Below, in pieces: positions 25,210 through 38,726 of a stretch of 64,000 nt of DNA; the first letter of the stretch is position 1; the number at the start of each line of letters is the position of its first letter. The notes below the pieces were generated by a model. It saw only the letters and a list, made by a program, of their open reading frames with translations, had not been told where the DNA came from and made no database searches. A program made the translations under genes and the position numbers. Source of the DNA: Marsupella aquatica (Eukaryota; Plantae; Marchantiophyta); assembly GCA_973895155.1 (NCBI GenBank), contig OZ316894.1, positions 18,010,563 through 18,074,562 on the forward strand. Direction: 5' to 3'.

Positions 25210-28200
25210 ATGGCGAGGAAAAAGATTAGAGAATACAATTCAAAGCGTTTGTTGAAGGAGCATTTGAAGCGAATTGCCGGCATTGATCTTGACATCAAGT
25301 CTGCACAGGTACCCGCCAGAAACTGTATAATTGTTGTGACGATGGTAGGATTCGTTTCTCCTTGTACACAGCTTCGCATCACCTAGCTATTTTCTGCTCT
25401 ATTAGTGCTGAGCTCGTCGATTATGGTCTCCCTGGCAGGTCACAGAGAAAACGGACTTCACTGAATTGGCCGATACCGAGCCATGGTTGAATACCACCCG
25501 GCTTGTTGTGAAGCCCGACATGCTATTCGGCAAGCGAGGAAAGAGTGGCCTGGTGTGTTCCTTATCCTACCAACCAACTGTGATGTCCCGTGCTCGACAG
25601 CGTGTCTACGATGAGGAAGGGATCAAGTCTAGGATGAAAGGACTGACGTGGACACTTCTTCGGGAAAAGGGGAAAATTAGTACTTCGCACGCGCAAGTGA
25701 TCAGAATTGTTGCTGGTGAAATTGGCCAGATATGTCTAGCAATTTTAGTTTTTGAATAATTGCACGGAGGAGAATTTGGGCATTCGCTGTTTTCGCCCCT
25801 GGCCTCTTACGCTTTGCAACTGGTGTGGTTTTTCTGTCAACAGTGCGTCTATTCTCTGTCGCATGGCTTCTGATGAACGCAGTGAGATGTCTAATGTCTA
25901 ATGGTTTCGTTCTCGCGGCTCCTGATGTCGTACATGTCTAATGGTTTCGTTCTCGCGGCTGCGTAGGTTGCCTTGAACCTGGATCTGGCTGGAGTTGAAG
26001 GTTTCATCAAGGACAGACTAGGCAAAGAGGTATAATATGCTCTTGAATTTGCAATAACTTATGTATTGTTTCTCTATCTCTAGTTCATGTCAGTGGCATA
26101 CCGTTTTTCTACATGTCTTGACGGTGCCAAGACATGGCCAATTCCTTGGCAATGTGCCCCTGTTTATAAATCAGAGAATCTATTTCCTTTAGCTTAAAGT
26201 ATGTCTCACTCGCTTGTCAATGATACCATCACCGCTCTGCCTCACAAACATGACTCTGGTCGCCTTTCTTGCGAAACTTCTCTTCGACTAAATTCCATTA
26301 CTAACATTACACTGTAGCCACGTTTGTTCTGTCTATCGAGTCTTCTCTTGGTTTCTCTTAGTCTGTGAATGTGGTGATGTCTACTTTTTGTCCTGGCCAA
26401 CGTAGTACTTGGCTTGTACATTGTCCTCTGTTACATGGGTGAGAATCTTACAATCAACGCCACGCTTCAATTCCAGGTGGAGATGGGTGGATGCAAAGGC
26501 CCCATCACGACATTCATTGTGGAGCCTTTTATGCCTCATGATGATGAGTACTACCTGTCAATTGTCTCAGACCGCCTTGGCACAACTGTCAGTTTTTCAG
26601 AGTGCGGGGGCATTGACATCGAAGAGAATTGGGATAAGGTCTGATATATGGCTCAAACCACTGATCGTGATTTCATAGGTTCATTGTGAGGCAGCACTTG
26701 TTTTACTGCCAAGGCTCCAAGTGAACCCGTTTAAAACCAAGGGCTTAATATCTACTAATTGACAGGACGTGCTTGAGAGAATTGGATAGTTGATATTTTG
26801 TTACGTAGGAAACCACAGGTTCTCGTGTGCTTTTAGTCAATGGCATGCGATACACTCATGACATCGAAGACAAAATGCGTTTTACGATCAGAGGGGATGA
26901 CAATGTCCTTGTTTTTACGTGAAATGGTGCCGAGGCCTTGTTCTTTACTTATCCAACGTTGCCATGTATGTACAGGTTAAGACAGTACATGTACCTACTG
27001 GGCAGAAACTCAGTACTGAACTGTCGGCACCTTTGATTGCCACGCTTAATATCGAGGTTTGTGACGTCCTCATTTAGTCTCAAAACTGTTATAACTATCA
27101 GTGGAATGCGTACTATCAGTCTTCAACAGAGACCAGCAGTGTACCATGATAAATAGAGTACCATGGTGAAATTGGATTCATTGGCACATTTGAAGAATTC
27201 TGATAAATGAGAGCCTTCTTGTGACTAACCATGAAAGTCTTGACAACCGTCATAAATTTGCAGATCCGGACGATTGTGGAGAGTTTCATCAGTGGGGTAT
27301 TTGACGTTTATAGTGGTACGTTGCAAAATTTCAGCGGAAATAGTCAGCTCTCAGAAACAATGACAATAAGTTTCTTATTTCTGGAACTTGAGTATCGGGA
27401 AAATGAAATTTGAGGGGAGCTTATCCCAGTGGCATTCTTGCGATGCCGATCTCGCCTCGCTTGGATATCTTCTTAGTTTTGAGTGTCAAGATTCTTACAT
27501 GGCTTTCATCTGTTGGACTTACAGATTTGGATTTCACGCTTCTGGAAATGAATCCCTTCACACTCGTCAAGGGATCTCCGTTCCCACTTGACATGCGGGG
27601 CGAGCTTGATGACACTGCTTTGTTCAAAAATTTCAAGAAGTGAGGGCACACGACTTTGTTTTGTGACGATGTCTGAAGTTTTTTCGGTATTGCAAGGAGC
27701 TAGAGGATCTGGTCAGATAACGTCTTGCTGATATGTCTGGCATTGTTACTCATCCCCCTGCTGAAGTAGTGTTTGGATGTGTTTTCAATTGTCTTATCCG
27801 CATGCAACTGTTCTTGTCTTCGAGATACAAAGGACATTTCACCGTTGGGTTTACTAATCTAGTGCATATGATGGGGCAGATGGGGTAAATTGGAATTTCC
27901 TCTTCCTTTTGGAAGAACGATGAGTGCTGCTGAAGAGAAAATCCACAGCCTCGATGAAAAGGTGACTTGAGTTTATTGCTCGTGCGATTATGAATTCAGG
28001 AATCTGCACCAAGAGGAATGATTATTGTCGTGGTCAATGCAATTCACGGGGAATTACTCTTTGACTCTTTCTCCCTTGGGTTTCGTTATGAACTCAGACT
28101 GGCGCCTCGTTGAAGCTTACAATTTTGAATCCCAAGGGACGCATTTGGACCATGGTCGCAGGAGGCGGTGCTAGTGTAATTTATGCCGACACGGTGAGTA

Positions 28201-29528
28201 GCATTACCATATATTGCACTTCATGGCACTGCAACACGCCACTCAAAAATCCTGATGTTTTACATATAAAGTTAGGCGGGGCTAAGGGACTCCTAACTTT
28301 ATATCTCAGTTACTTCCCTTACTTGAAATTTGTAAGTCCAGCTATAAGGACCTTCTGTGTCACTCGTCCTAATTGTACCTTACTGTGTAAGATATGTTCC
28401 CTTACTGTCATCTAACATTTCAAATATACTTTCTGTCCAGGTTGGGGATCTTGGTTATGCGGATGAGCTTGGAAACTATGCGGAGTACAGTGGTGCTCCT
28501 AATGAAGAAGAGACACTCCAGTATGCTCGCGCATTAATCGACGTAAGAGTCTCCACCCTGGAATGTCAAAGAGTGGACGTTTTTGTAAACTACCTTCAAG
28601 GTTCTTGCTGTTTGAAGCATTGAGGAAGCCTTGTTCTTCCTTGAGTTCATTGCCTTTGAGTCTTATTCAGCTGTTGAGTTGTGTTGCGCGGCAGCCACTT
28701 GTGTTACACTAGTTCCAGGCTGTTTAAGTCGGTCGATTCGGAATCCAAATCTGGAGTCATTCTAGTATGCGCCAGATTTTTGCTATGTCTGTGGAATAGG
28801 GTGTATGAAAATGTTATGTATTGGACATGTTTCTACAGGTGGCAACGGCGAACCCAGATGGACGTCCACGTGCACTCTTAATTGGAGGTGGAATCGCCAA
28901 CTTTACTGACGTAGCAGCTACTTTTAGTGGTATCATTCGGGCCTTGAAAGAGAAGGTACACACTCTCTGAAGTTACCGAAGCTTTTTTTTAAGGCCCTTA
29001 AGTCCTGATATATTACATGCGGGAGGCAGATGACCCTTGGAATGCCCTGTACATCAAAGGGATCTTGTCTTGTTTTGTAGTAAGTAGGACTTAGGAAAAT
29101 GTTGAGGGTAATCGCCGTGCTGTTAAACATTGAACAGCAATCCCAGCTGAAGGCTTCCAAGATTCGAATTTATGTCCGACGTGGTGGCCCAAATTACCTG
29201 AAGGGCCTTGCAAAGATGCGTGAACTGGGTAATGAAATAGGTGTTCCAATTGAGGTGAGCAAATCTTTCATTCCCGTTACAAGCAAACATAGCTTGTGAT
29301 CATATTGCACAAGACCGAAATGAACAACCTTTCCTTCGCTTTTTGTTTTGTTTTGGGGTGGGGAGTTACTGTCCTTGGCATGGCAGTTTTCAAACAGATG
29401 ATTCATGACTCTGATTTTAGGCATGATTTATGACAATGCTGCAGGTATACGGCCCTGAAGCAACTATGACAGGAATTTGCAAACAAGCAATTGAGTATGT
29501 CAAAGGCAGTCCTATAGCCGTTGCGTGA
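25210..29528 (+). CDS. ACLA: ATP-citrate lyase alpha subunit, multi-exon
   Basis: [61 protein letters not shown]...[77 protein letters not shown]. Stop 29526-29528. Confidence 0.96.
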
Positions 29529-31798
29529 AAAGAAGTCGGTCCTTAATTCTTGTTTAGAATGGGATGCAAAGCCCGGTGTGGTAGTCATAGTAATGTTGAC
29601 ATTATCACCGAGGAGACGTAGTCAGTCCTAATATCATCTGTAACATGTCATACAACGTTATGGTCATTGAGTAGTGTGGACACTGTAATGTCTTGGACCG
29701 CATTGGACCTTGGTGAGGATGGATGCACCATCATGCATTTCAACCGGCAGTGTGATTCTGACTGAGTAAACTCGGTTTTGGAATCTGATCAAGATACGTG
29801 GGAGGATCTGATTAGGAAACCACTCTTTGGGAAAGATTAAGTTTTTGCTGGTATTGTAACTCAAGGCACTGCCGGAAGCTACAGTCGATATGTAAATCGA
29901 ATAAAAAAAAATTCGAAGCATCATTCTTTGGGACTGAAGTCAATTTGTTTTCTCTCGTGCATTGGGTTTGCTCACTGCCAGCCCTCTTTACATGTTATGC
30001 CTTCACTTAGGAGTTTCAGATCTCAGTTTGGAATGACTAATGAGTTGTCTGTGCGTGACCTCCGAAGTTATTAATGCTCCGTATCAGATGTTCATTACAA
30101 TGAAGATCTATAACATTGCTCAACCTCAGTGGACACTGAACAATACCATTTGCCTTGCTAGCTCAGGTGTCCGAACAGTCTGCAACTTGATTGCCTATTG
30201 AATGGTGAACTAGTTCCTGATGACCATGCAATTAGTGCAGTTAATCAGCACGGGAAAGATTTGACTGGAAGGCCCACTAAAAAAATCTCCTCATGTGAAG
30301 TGTGTTCTTGAACTGCAAAGAATAGTGATCTGGATTTCCGAAGTATTCCACATTTAATTTGGAGGAAAAGAGAGACTACAGGGTCCATAGGACAACCCAA
30401 TTGTTAAATGTTGACACGAAAGACACAAGAAGAATTCAAGCTCGACCCAATCGTGAATTGTTGACACACAAGAAAAGTTCAAGCTATGCACTTACACTAG
30501 ATTTCTTTTTAACACATGTCAACGAGAGAACACCTCATGCATTGTACACCCATGTTGTGAGAAAAAAAACCTGTATTATTATTGCTCTTATTTACCCTGT
30601 AAAACACTTGTAATGGGTGAAAAGCTATAAGCTCACACGGGATCCTCATCTGAAACATTAAGCTAGTATAAGATTGCTAACCTGGGATGGGAGGATTCAT
30701 GAAAACATCTATTTTGACTAGGTTGACATGGATTTAGAGGAAAATTGGTCTTTCATTCCAAACGCACTCACTGAATGCACATTCTTTGAATATTAAATGA
30801 CAAAAATAAACATATATGATCATCACATCAACTGGCATACTTATTATCCTATCTTTTCCATCCACATAATTTATGGTGGGGCCCTAGTCACTGTCAAGAG
30901 GTTCCACTCTAAAAGCCGAGACCAAGCTCCAGGTTCTAATCTCAGTTTCTATGTAAGATTCTGGGATCTTATCAGAGCTAAGCCCTAGACCCCAACTCTA
31001 GCTTTATTTGAGATGTATTAGTAAGATTTTGGGATCTTGTCAGAGCTCAAGGTCTAGATGGAGATACCATTCAAGCTTAGACTTAATGGGTGAATGCGTT
31101 ATTGTGATTGATCTGGGCCACACTTTGTTAAATTCCAGTCTTGCGCCCTGTGTCTTAGCAGTACTGTATGGTATGCAACGCATAAACCCAGGTTCATATA
31201 CATACTCCATTGGTGTAATTACATATGTACCTAGCCTTAAACATCTTACCCTCTCACCCAAGAGTCCCCTTATACCTTGGTCTCCATTGTATAGCAAGGC
31301 CATTACGCCTTCCCAAAGATAGTTTGAACCCTTTGGGAAATCCAAGAGTGGATGCTATTGCTTGGAGGTTTAGATTCTAAGGCTTGTCTTTGACTCAAAG
31401 ACATGAGTGATTGGTTGGTGAGAACAAACCTAGTTGAAAGATGAAAGTGATGATCCATCTTCTTAAGTAAACATGCTTTTTAGGTAATCTGGCCTCCCTT
31501 TACAGTGAAAATTTGTGGACTTTGATTCAGTGCATGAATTTGTTGTTGTTATTTTGCAAAGGATAAGGGCAGATTTAGACACATCAACACAAGATAGAGG
31601 ACTGAGGGGCATTAGCCAGGGGCATTTTCTCAAGAGCATTTCATAGACTATTTGTCAGCAAAAGGTTGGACATAAATTTTAGTTCATCATGCTTACAGTA
31701 CCAAAGTGATCGTTTATTGTTAGATCCAAGAAAGAAAAATTCATCTATGCTAGTGGCATATAAATTTGGGTCCTTGGGGACGAATACACAAGAGTTCC

Positions 31799-32139
31799 TG
31801 TTGAGAATAGTGGGCAACCACACACATGAGAGAAACCAGCAAATACATGCACCGACACGATAGATATGTGGTTCACCTTGGCCAAGCTTACGTCCATTGG
31901 ACTACAAGAGCTTTACTAAGCTTCGGCCACCCTAGCCACACCAAACCTATATGTACAAACCCTAGAAATGTTTGCATAACTCCTAGCTTGCTCCTCCAAG
32001 AATGAGCATGAGTCTCAATGAGAAGCACATCCTTCCCCTATATGCTAGGCACACTAGTTGTGTCTAATTCTTGTTATGTCCCTAACGCCGAATAGATAAA
32101 GAAAGATGGTTAACCAAGACTTAAGAGTTAACCCTAACA
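31799..32139. mobile_element. Solo LTR (341 bp), copia-like
   Basis: TGTTGAG...CCCTAACA with perfect TSD GTTCC (31794-31798 and 32140-32144). Contains TATGTGGTTCAC...TTACGTCCA like the 20801 LTR. Confidence 0.8.
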
Positions 32140-32830
32140 GTTCCATGTTTTAAATGTCTTATAAAAAGTTGGCTGATAAGTTGCTAAAGAGAGCAAATTA
32201 GTCATATGTTGGCTAGGGATCTCCATCCAGACCTTTAAGTTAGGATGTGGTCCCAAAATTCTCTCTGTGACAGTACCTTATTTTTACTCCAAACCCAAAT
32301 CATCAATAGTTAAAATGTATTTTTTCAAAGATCCCATGCAAAATTTATAATCTTATATATTTGAGCATTATGTAAGATAAAAATCTTGTGAGTTTTATCT
32401 CACCCAAGCTTAGAGCTACTGTAGTGAACAAGTGATTGTATAGTCTCTTTCAGTGTACATTGTGGACAACCTTGAAGAGCAAAGGCTTCAAAAACTTCCA
32501 AGATTTGTGGAGCCGGTTAAGGCTATCCAAACTTTCAAGGATACCCATAACATAGAAATTGAGGGAACATGGTGTCTTTAGCTCTGCAGTCTGCACCCCT
32601 CAAAAGGCCCAGATCCTCACTGACTCAGTGTTCCCCAAATTACGAGTACTCGAATTCGTCCCAATTGAGGACCTGATGAAATTTCACTTTCTTCATGGCC
32701 CATCTAGTGTTATCGTTGTGGTTTTTAGTAGTAGAGATGCAATGTATGAGATGAATTCCTTGCGAAGTCTTGTCCACCGAGCTCTGTGATCTCAACAATG
32801 AATCGGTGAATAGTTCAGCTGGAATTTGTT

Positions 32831-35800
32831 ATGCTTGCAACGGCAAGTCTCGGGGGAGTTCGCCTTCCAGTAACTTCGCTGATGCTCTCCCCAACGTCAG
32901 TTTTTCTGATGAGCGCTCCAATTGACACCCGCTGCACTGCAGGTACTCATGTACTTCGTCCTCTTGAATTTCTCCCTCCCATCCCCTCTGGTCTTGAGGG
33001 GTTTCGTTTATAGCTGCCCAATTGCAAATGTGGGTCTCTGATGTTTGGCTCATTAGTTGAAAATCCTGTGACATGGTCAAATGGTTTTTTCTCAGTCCTC
33101 CACAACGATGGATATCAAACTTGCACTTGAAGATCACGTTTATCTCTTTAATCTTTATTCCTATCATTGGAGATAGTCATTCTGATGTATTACGTTCTTT
33201 CCCGGTCCCTTTGCCCTGTCTTTAGCCGTTTTGCTTCTCCTCCTCTGTGATGTCCGTGGCTCCAAACACCGCCAATGGAATATTTTAAACTCCAATTGTC
33301 TATGAATTTACAATTGGTTATAGTATTGCCTTTGTGACAGTGGCACTTGGAAACTATGGAGTTCTTCAATGGAATAGGCTTCAAAACTTGTGCTAAAGTT
33401 TGTATCGTGCCATGTAGTTCAATCTGCGGTATTGTTCTGCCCGGTTTACATTTAGTATAAATTGACTCCGCAGCTAAAGCCGTGACCTACCCTTGGTGCT
33501 TCCTGTCGTTCAGTTTACAAAAGGCGGCGAACCAGGACATTGACCCGTGTCACATATGATGATGGCCCTGCTGTGGAACACAAGCTGCAACTTGGAACTG
33601 CAAAGCAAGAGGTCCCTGAGGAGAAACAGTAATGATTGATTTTACTTTCAATGATACTGCATTTCACTCAAGAAACCGAAGCTCTTGTGATGCCCTTTGC
33701 TTCCTTAGACAGCGTGTTGAGTAGCTCAAGATGGGGCTGTTTTTTGTGAAACTTTGTCAGCAGTTTCAATCCGCTGAAGCCAGTAACTTGAGGCATGCGT
33801 ACTTTAGAGAGGGATTTCAGACCTTGTGTGTTGTACCGAAGATAAATGTGAAAAAGTGGTAGGACAGCTGATTTATAACTAGATGCTTTTCTTTTATTGA
33901 TATCACTTTACCCTCAACCGTGTCGACAGTTGGATTGGCCGATTTTAGGACGAACATAAAATTGTTTGTGTGTGCACGTGTCAGGAATTGATCCATACCA
34001 ACCAAGTAGGAGGTCACACTAGCCGTGATGCGAGGCAGGAACGAAGAGCACGTAGAAATATGGTCAATGACACCTCATCACTGAAACAAGAGCAGGAACT
34101 CGAAGACGTAAAGTATGAGGTATCTCTAATGAATAAATCATGTTGTGTTCATTGGATTCTCTCCTGAAGAGGTATTAACACAGACGGCTTCTCATTAGTC
34201 ACCGTGAATAGCTGCATAACAAGAAATATGTATGCCACTGTTTTGACATCATTCTCGATGTGTAATGTTGGCCCTCCAGGCTCGCTGTAGGCTCCATCTA
34301 ATCCTCAAAGATACTACCGAGCAGATATTCTAGAGAAATCTCTATTAACATGTTTGTGGAAGTTAAAAGACAATGAGACCAAAATTCAAGTTCACGGACA
34401 TACGAGCCTGTCTAATATTTCTGATTCACAAGTTTTGGAATGTTTCATATTGGTTTTGTTTTGGATGATGGTCCTCAGATATAATCACCATTTTCAGGTT
34501 CCTAGGTTTTGTCTGTCCTTCACTCTCCCGGGACTGTAAACACTGCTGCTCATATCAATATTTATGAACGACGGGGCAACAGGGTCAATAGAACTTTGAG
34601 TCTGATAACAACCCTAGTTTGGAATCATTGCAGGATCTTATTACAGTAAAGCATGAGTGCTTGGAAGACCAGAAGTTTGCGAACATAACCAACTGCAAAG
34701 ATATTCTCAGACCACAGGTAAGAAACGGATCAAGACGTGTCGTTCTTCTGAATGATCAGAATAGGAGATTGCACTTGCAAAGCATGACAGATGCATGAAA
34801 GAGTGCATATGTTCGTGAAATCCTGGCTCGTAAAGCAAAACATCTAATGCTTTATCCCGCGTGCATAACATCCTAATTCAACGGACCCAAAATCTGCTGC
34901 AGGCATGGTCTTGTGCCAGCTAAGCGCTTGCCAAATGTTGGGCTTCAGTCACTCAATTCCATGGGTTGAAGTCATTTTGTAGCAGACATGCTAGCTCTTT
35001 GGTCTCCAATCACGGCCGCACAATGGGTTAAGAGTCATTAGTAGCAGACATGTTAGCATATTTCTCTAGATTTTCAGCTGACATCAGTTTCTCTTCCTAG
35101 CATGTGCTTTTGTACCACTTGGTTGCCTTGCGGCGTTCTGTTTCACTATTTTTAATATGCCAAGGTAATAAAATTTCTTAACGTTTTCCCAGGAACTAGC
35201 AGAAGGCGGGGCAGAAGGCAGCGTACCACCCAGCATAAGCCATATCAAACAATGTAAGGGTTGGGCATTTGATGATCATCAGGATGACATAGCCAGTCCA
35301 CGGGCAAACAGTGTGATCGCATAGAGGTTATTGTCTTGGAACTCAGTTTCGACGTCTAGCTACAGGTAGAAGCCAGAGTGAAGCTCATTAAGAGTACTTT
35401 TCTCGAGAACTTATCAGACATCTGACTTTTTGAAACTGTGCAGCATATCCACCTCGATGGGAGGAGATTTTAGAGGGTATAAGAAAGATGAGAGCCGAGC
35501 AATGGGCTCCTGTTGATACTATGGGCTGCGAAAAGGTTGACGGGTTCCTCATACCTAAGGTACTTCTGAAACGTTAATGAAGATCGAACAGGGTTCTCAC
35601 CTATTTAATAATACCAAGTTAGGTCGCACAATTAGTCAATGAAACCAAATGAGATGTTCGTGCACGATGTCAATTTACTACCAACAGGAGGTATTGAAAT
35701 AGTCCCAAATTTTCGAAGTCCATTCTCTGGGAATATTTCTGCCTGTGTTCATCAAATCCAGAGAAGTTACCGAAGTCTAGACAAATAATTTTCAAATCGC

Positions 35801-38028
35801 AGCTTTTGCCATGTTGGCTCTAACGAGATTGTGAATATTTCTGGTCAGGAACGGCGATTTGCTGTGTTGGTTAAGGCTCTTTTGTCTAGTCAGACAAAAG
35901 ATGAAATTACCCATGGTATGTGACTTATTTCCTGCTAGCAGCTGGATGAGAGACTGCTCCAATAGAAGTTTGACTCGTAGATTTCATGTGAATTAATGTT
36001 TTTCTATCTCTGTCAATTTCTGTTGTCTTTGAAACAATTTATTTATATCATGGCAGTGTTGGACCGATAAATTGTTTCTGCTCTGGAATCTATTGCTAGC
36101 GGAGGGCAGTGTATTCTTCACATTTTCTGCTAATCCAAGCTGATTTGAAGTAGTTGTTGTCATAAAGATCAACAGCAGCTACCTATCTTTTCTTTCGAAT
36201 TGTACAGTTAAACGAATGGGTTTTCGAGGTTCGAATATAAACACGATTATCTTAGTTTTCTTCTGCAGCGGCGGTGGATAGGATGCAGAAGAAGGGCCTC
36301 CTTTCGGTTGAAGGTCTCCTCAAAGCTGATGAGCCAATTATAAGTGATGCTATTTATCCAGTAATCCTCTCACCCTTGGCCTGGCCTTTTAATAACCGAA
36401 TGGAAAACTGAATCCAAATGTGTATGTGAGGATATGCGAAGTGCTCTACTGGATAAGAAGCATGATTAACGGTCACAAACCTCAAAGTGAAGGGACATGG
36501 CATATATGAAATCGTTCTTGACCTTTCATAGAACATGTGATAGACTCAGTGCTGGTGAGTTGTTTACACGACCTATCGTGTCCAAGCTGTGTCGCGTACT
36601 CTCTTTGATGATTGCATCTCTCACCGAGGTCTTTCTTACCATCCCAGACTTCTTAACCCTTGTGTCATCAGGTTGGTTTCTACACGAGGAAGGCTGGATA
36701 TCTGAAGAAAGTAGCAACGCTTTGCAAAGAAAAATACGAGGGAGACATTCCAAGTACACTTCAAGAGCTTCTTTCCTTGCCAGGCATTGGTCCCAAAATG
36801 GCTCATCTGGTGAGTATTTCAAGATGAAGGTACAAAGATGGCTACACACCGGAGTTAAAAGATAGATTGGTCATGCCACGGACTTGCACTAACCTGAAAT
36901 AGCTGTTTGACTAGGAACTGGTCTCACTGACTTAAATGGAACGATAGGAAGGAAATTCCTTCGATGCACTCTTTAGCATTGACGACGGATGTTGTAAGTT
37001 GTCAATTTCCTCACGGATATTTCAAAATTATCCTCTGGCAGGTTATGAATGTAGGATGGGAGGATGTTCAAGGGATTTGTGTTGACACACATGTCCACCG
37101 CATCTGCAATAGACTAAAGTGGGTCCACAAATCCAAGTCCACTGCAGATAGTCAACTGGTACTGCCCTCGTCATACCCAACTACGCTGCGTTAGTTTTGC
37201 TTGCAAGTTTGTTCAGACGAACATCTACCACAGAAAATGTTTCAGGTCCACGTAATAGTCCACAGTTCTGGCAGCCAGAATACGAGACCATTATTGTATC
37301 AGTCGTTGCTATTGCTGTTCCAATTTTGCTTTAACCGCTAATATTGGTATATGGGCAGAGGACAAGCACTCCAGAGGAAACGAGATTATCCTTGGAGGCA
37401 TGGCTTCCACGAAACGAGTGGTCGGCAATAAATCCCCTGCTGGTAAAGCATGCGGTTTCAGAACAATTCAACCACATGCTCGATTTTTTTCTATGACTAG
37501 TTTGAACTTCTGCACTTTTCTATAGTGGACTTGAGAAGACTGTATTCTTAAAATAGCAGGAGATTATCAGACGCTATGGTGTGTATCTTACTGCTAAATT
37601 TCTGATAACAATCGATGGGGTCTGAGGGGTTTGAATTGAAGTGGTAGATCAGGAGAAAAGTTATGTAGAACTGTTAATCTTGTAGGGGCGAGAACTCTCT
37701 CCTCGGTGACGGTAACTTGAAGGGGTGACTGAGTACTGAATGGAAGCCTGACGCTAGTTAGTCAAATTGACAACTACCACTGACGTGCCCGGACTCTGAA
37801 TCACAGGTCGGATTTGGTCAGACCATCTGCGCTCCTGTACGACCTCGCTGTGGAGAATGTGCTATCAACAATCTCTGCCCTGCTGCTTTCGAGGAGCCAA
37901 GCAAAAGTCCTTCTCTGAAAGTAAAACGATCCTCAACTACCAAAGTCAAAAGGATTTTAAAGACTGTTGACATGGTGGAGAGAAAAGATGAGGATGGGAA
38001 GGCTGTAGTTGAAGAAGGTCCGCGATAG
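32831..38028 (+). CDS. NTH1: Endonuclease III homologue (HhH-GPD DNA glycosylase/AP lyase, 4Fe-4S)
   Basis: Exons give [12 protein letters not shown]...[79 protein letters not shown] and [25 protein letters not shown]. Stop 38026-38028. The 5' exons (ATG 32831) are inferred from phase-consistent splicing and are less certain. Confidence 0.9.
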
Positions 38029-38726
38029 CGTTGGAGACCTTTATGGATTTATTGCATTTGGACAGGGAGGATGGATAAATCTCAACAAAGGAGGCTAGAT
38101 CTCAAACAAAAATCCCCATTGACAACTCAGATACGGGGCACACATTCAACAGTTTAGGTTAGTCAAAGCGTTGGTACATGAAGACTTTTTGCGTAGCGAG
38201 AACATGTTTAACGGCTGTAAATACGAGATTTGGTTGGCTCAATTTTCAGTTCGCACCTCATGTGGCATTTTCTCACGGCTTTCCAACATCACAATATAGT
38301 GAAAGTTTCACGGCTCCTGTTGTCTGAGGTGGCATGCGATAACACGTGGACAATTACATTCATTGCCCTTTACATTGGTAATCGCTGATTCACTCTAATC
38401 TGACCCAGCATGAAATCTATCCTTACAGATTTAACTGCTCGAAGTGGTCAAGCCATTATATATGCAAAGAGCTCATGGAACACCACTAAGGGAACTGAAC
38501 GGGCAGCTTTCCAAAAAATGATGACCGCTTTCTAGGTTTCGTTTTCCCAAAGAAAGGGATGTATCAATCAAAATTGAAGATTGCTTTGTAGTGGATCGGA
38601 TTACCGTCTCTAAAAGCCAGGATGCGAGGTAGATAATTGCGTCCCAGTATGCTATACTAGAACTGTCCCCAGCCAATGAATCTATGCCATCCTGATCACT
38701 CTTAGTAAGAATCGGCACTCTCGAGA

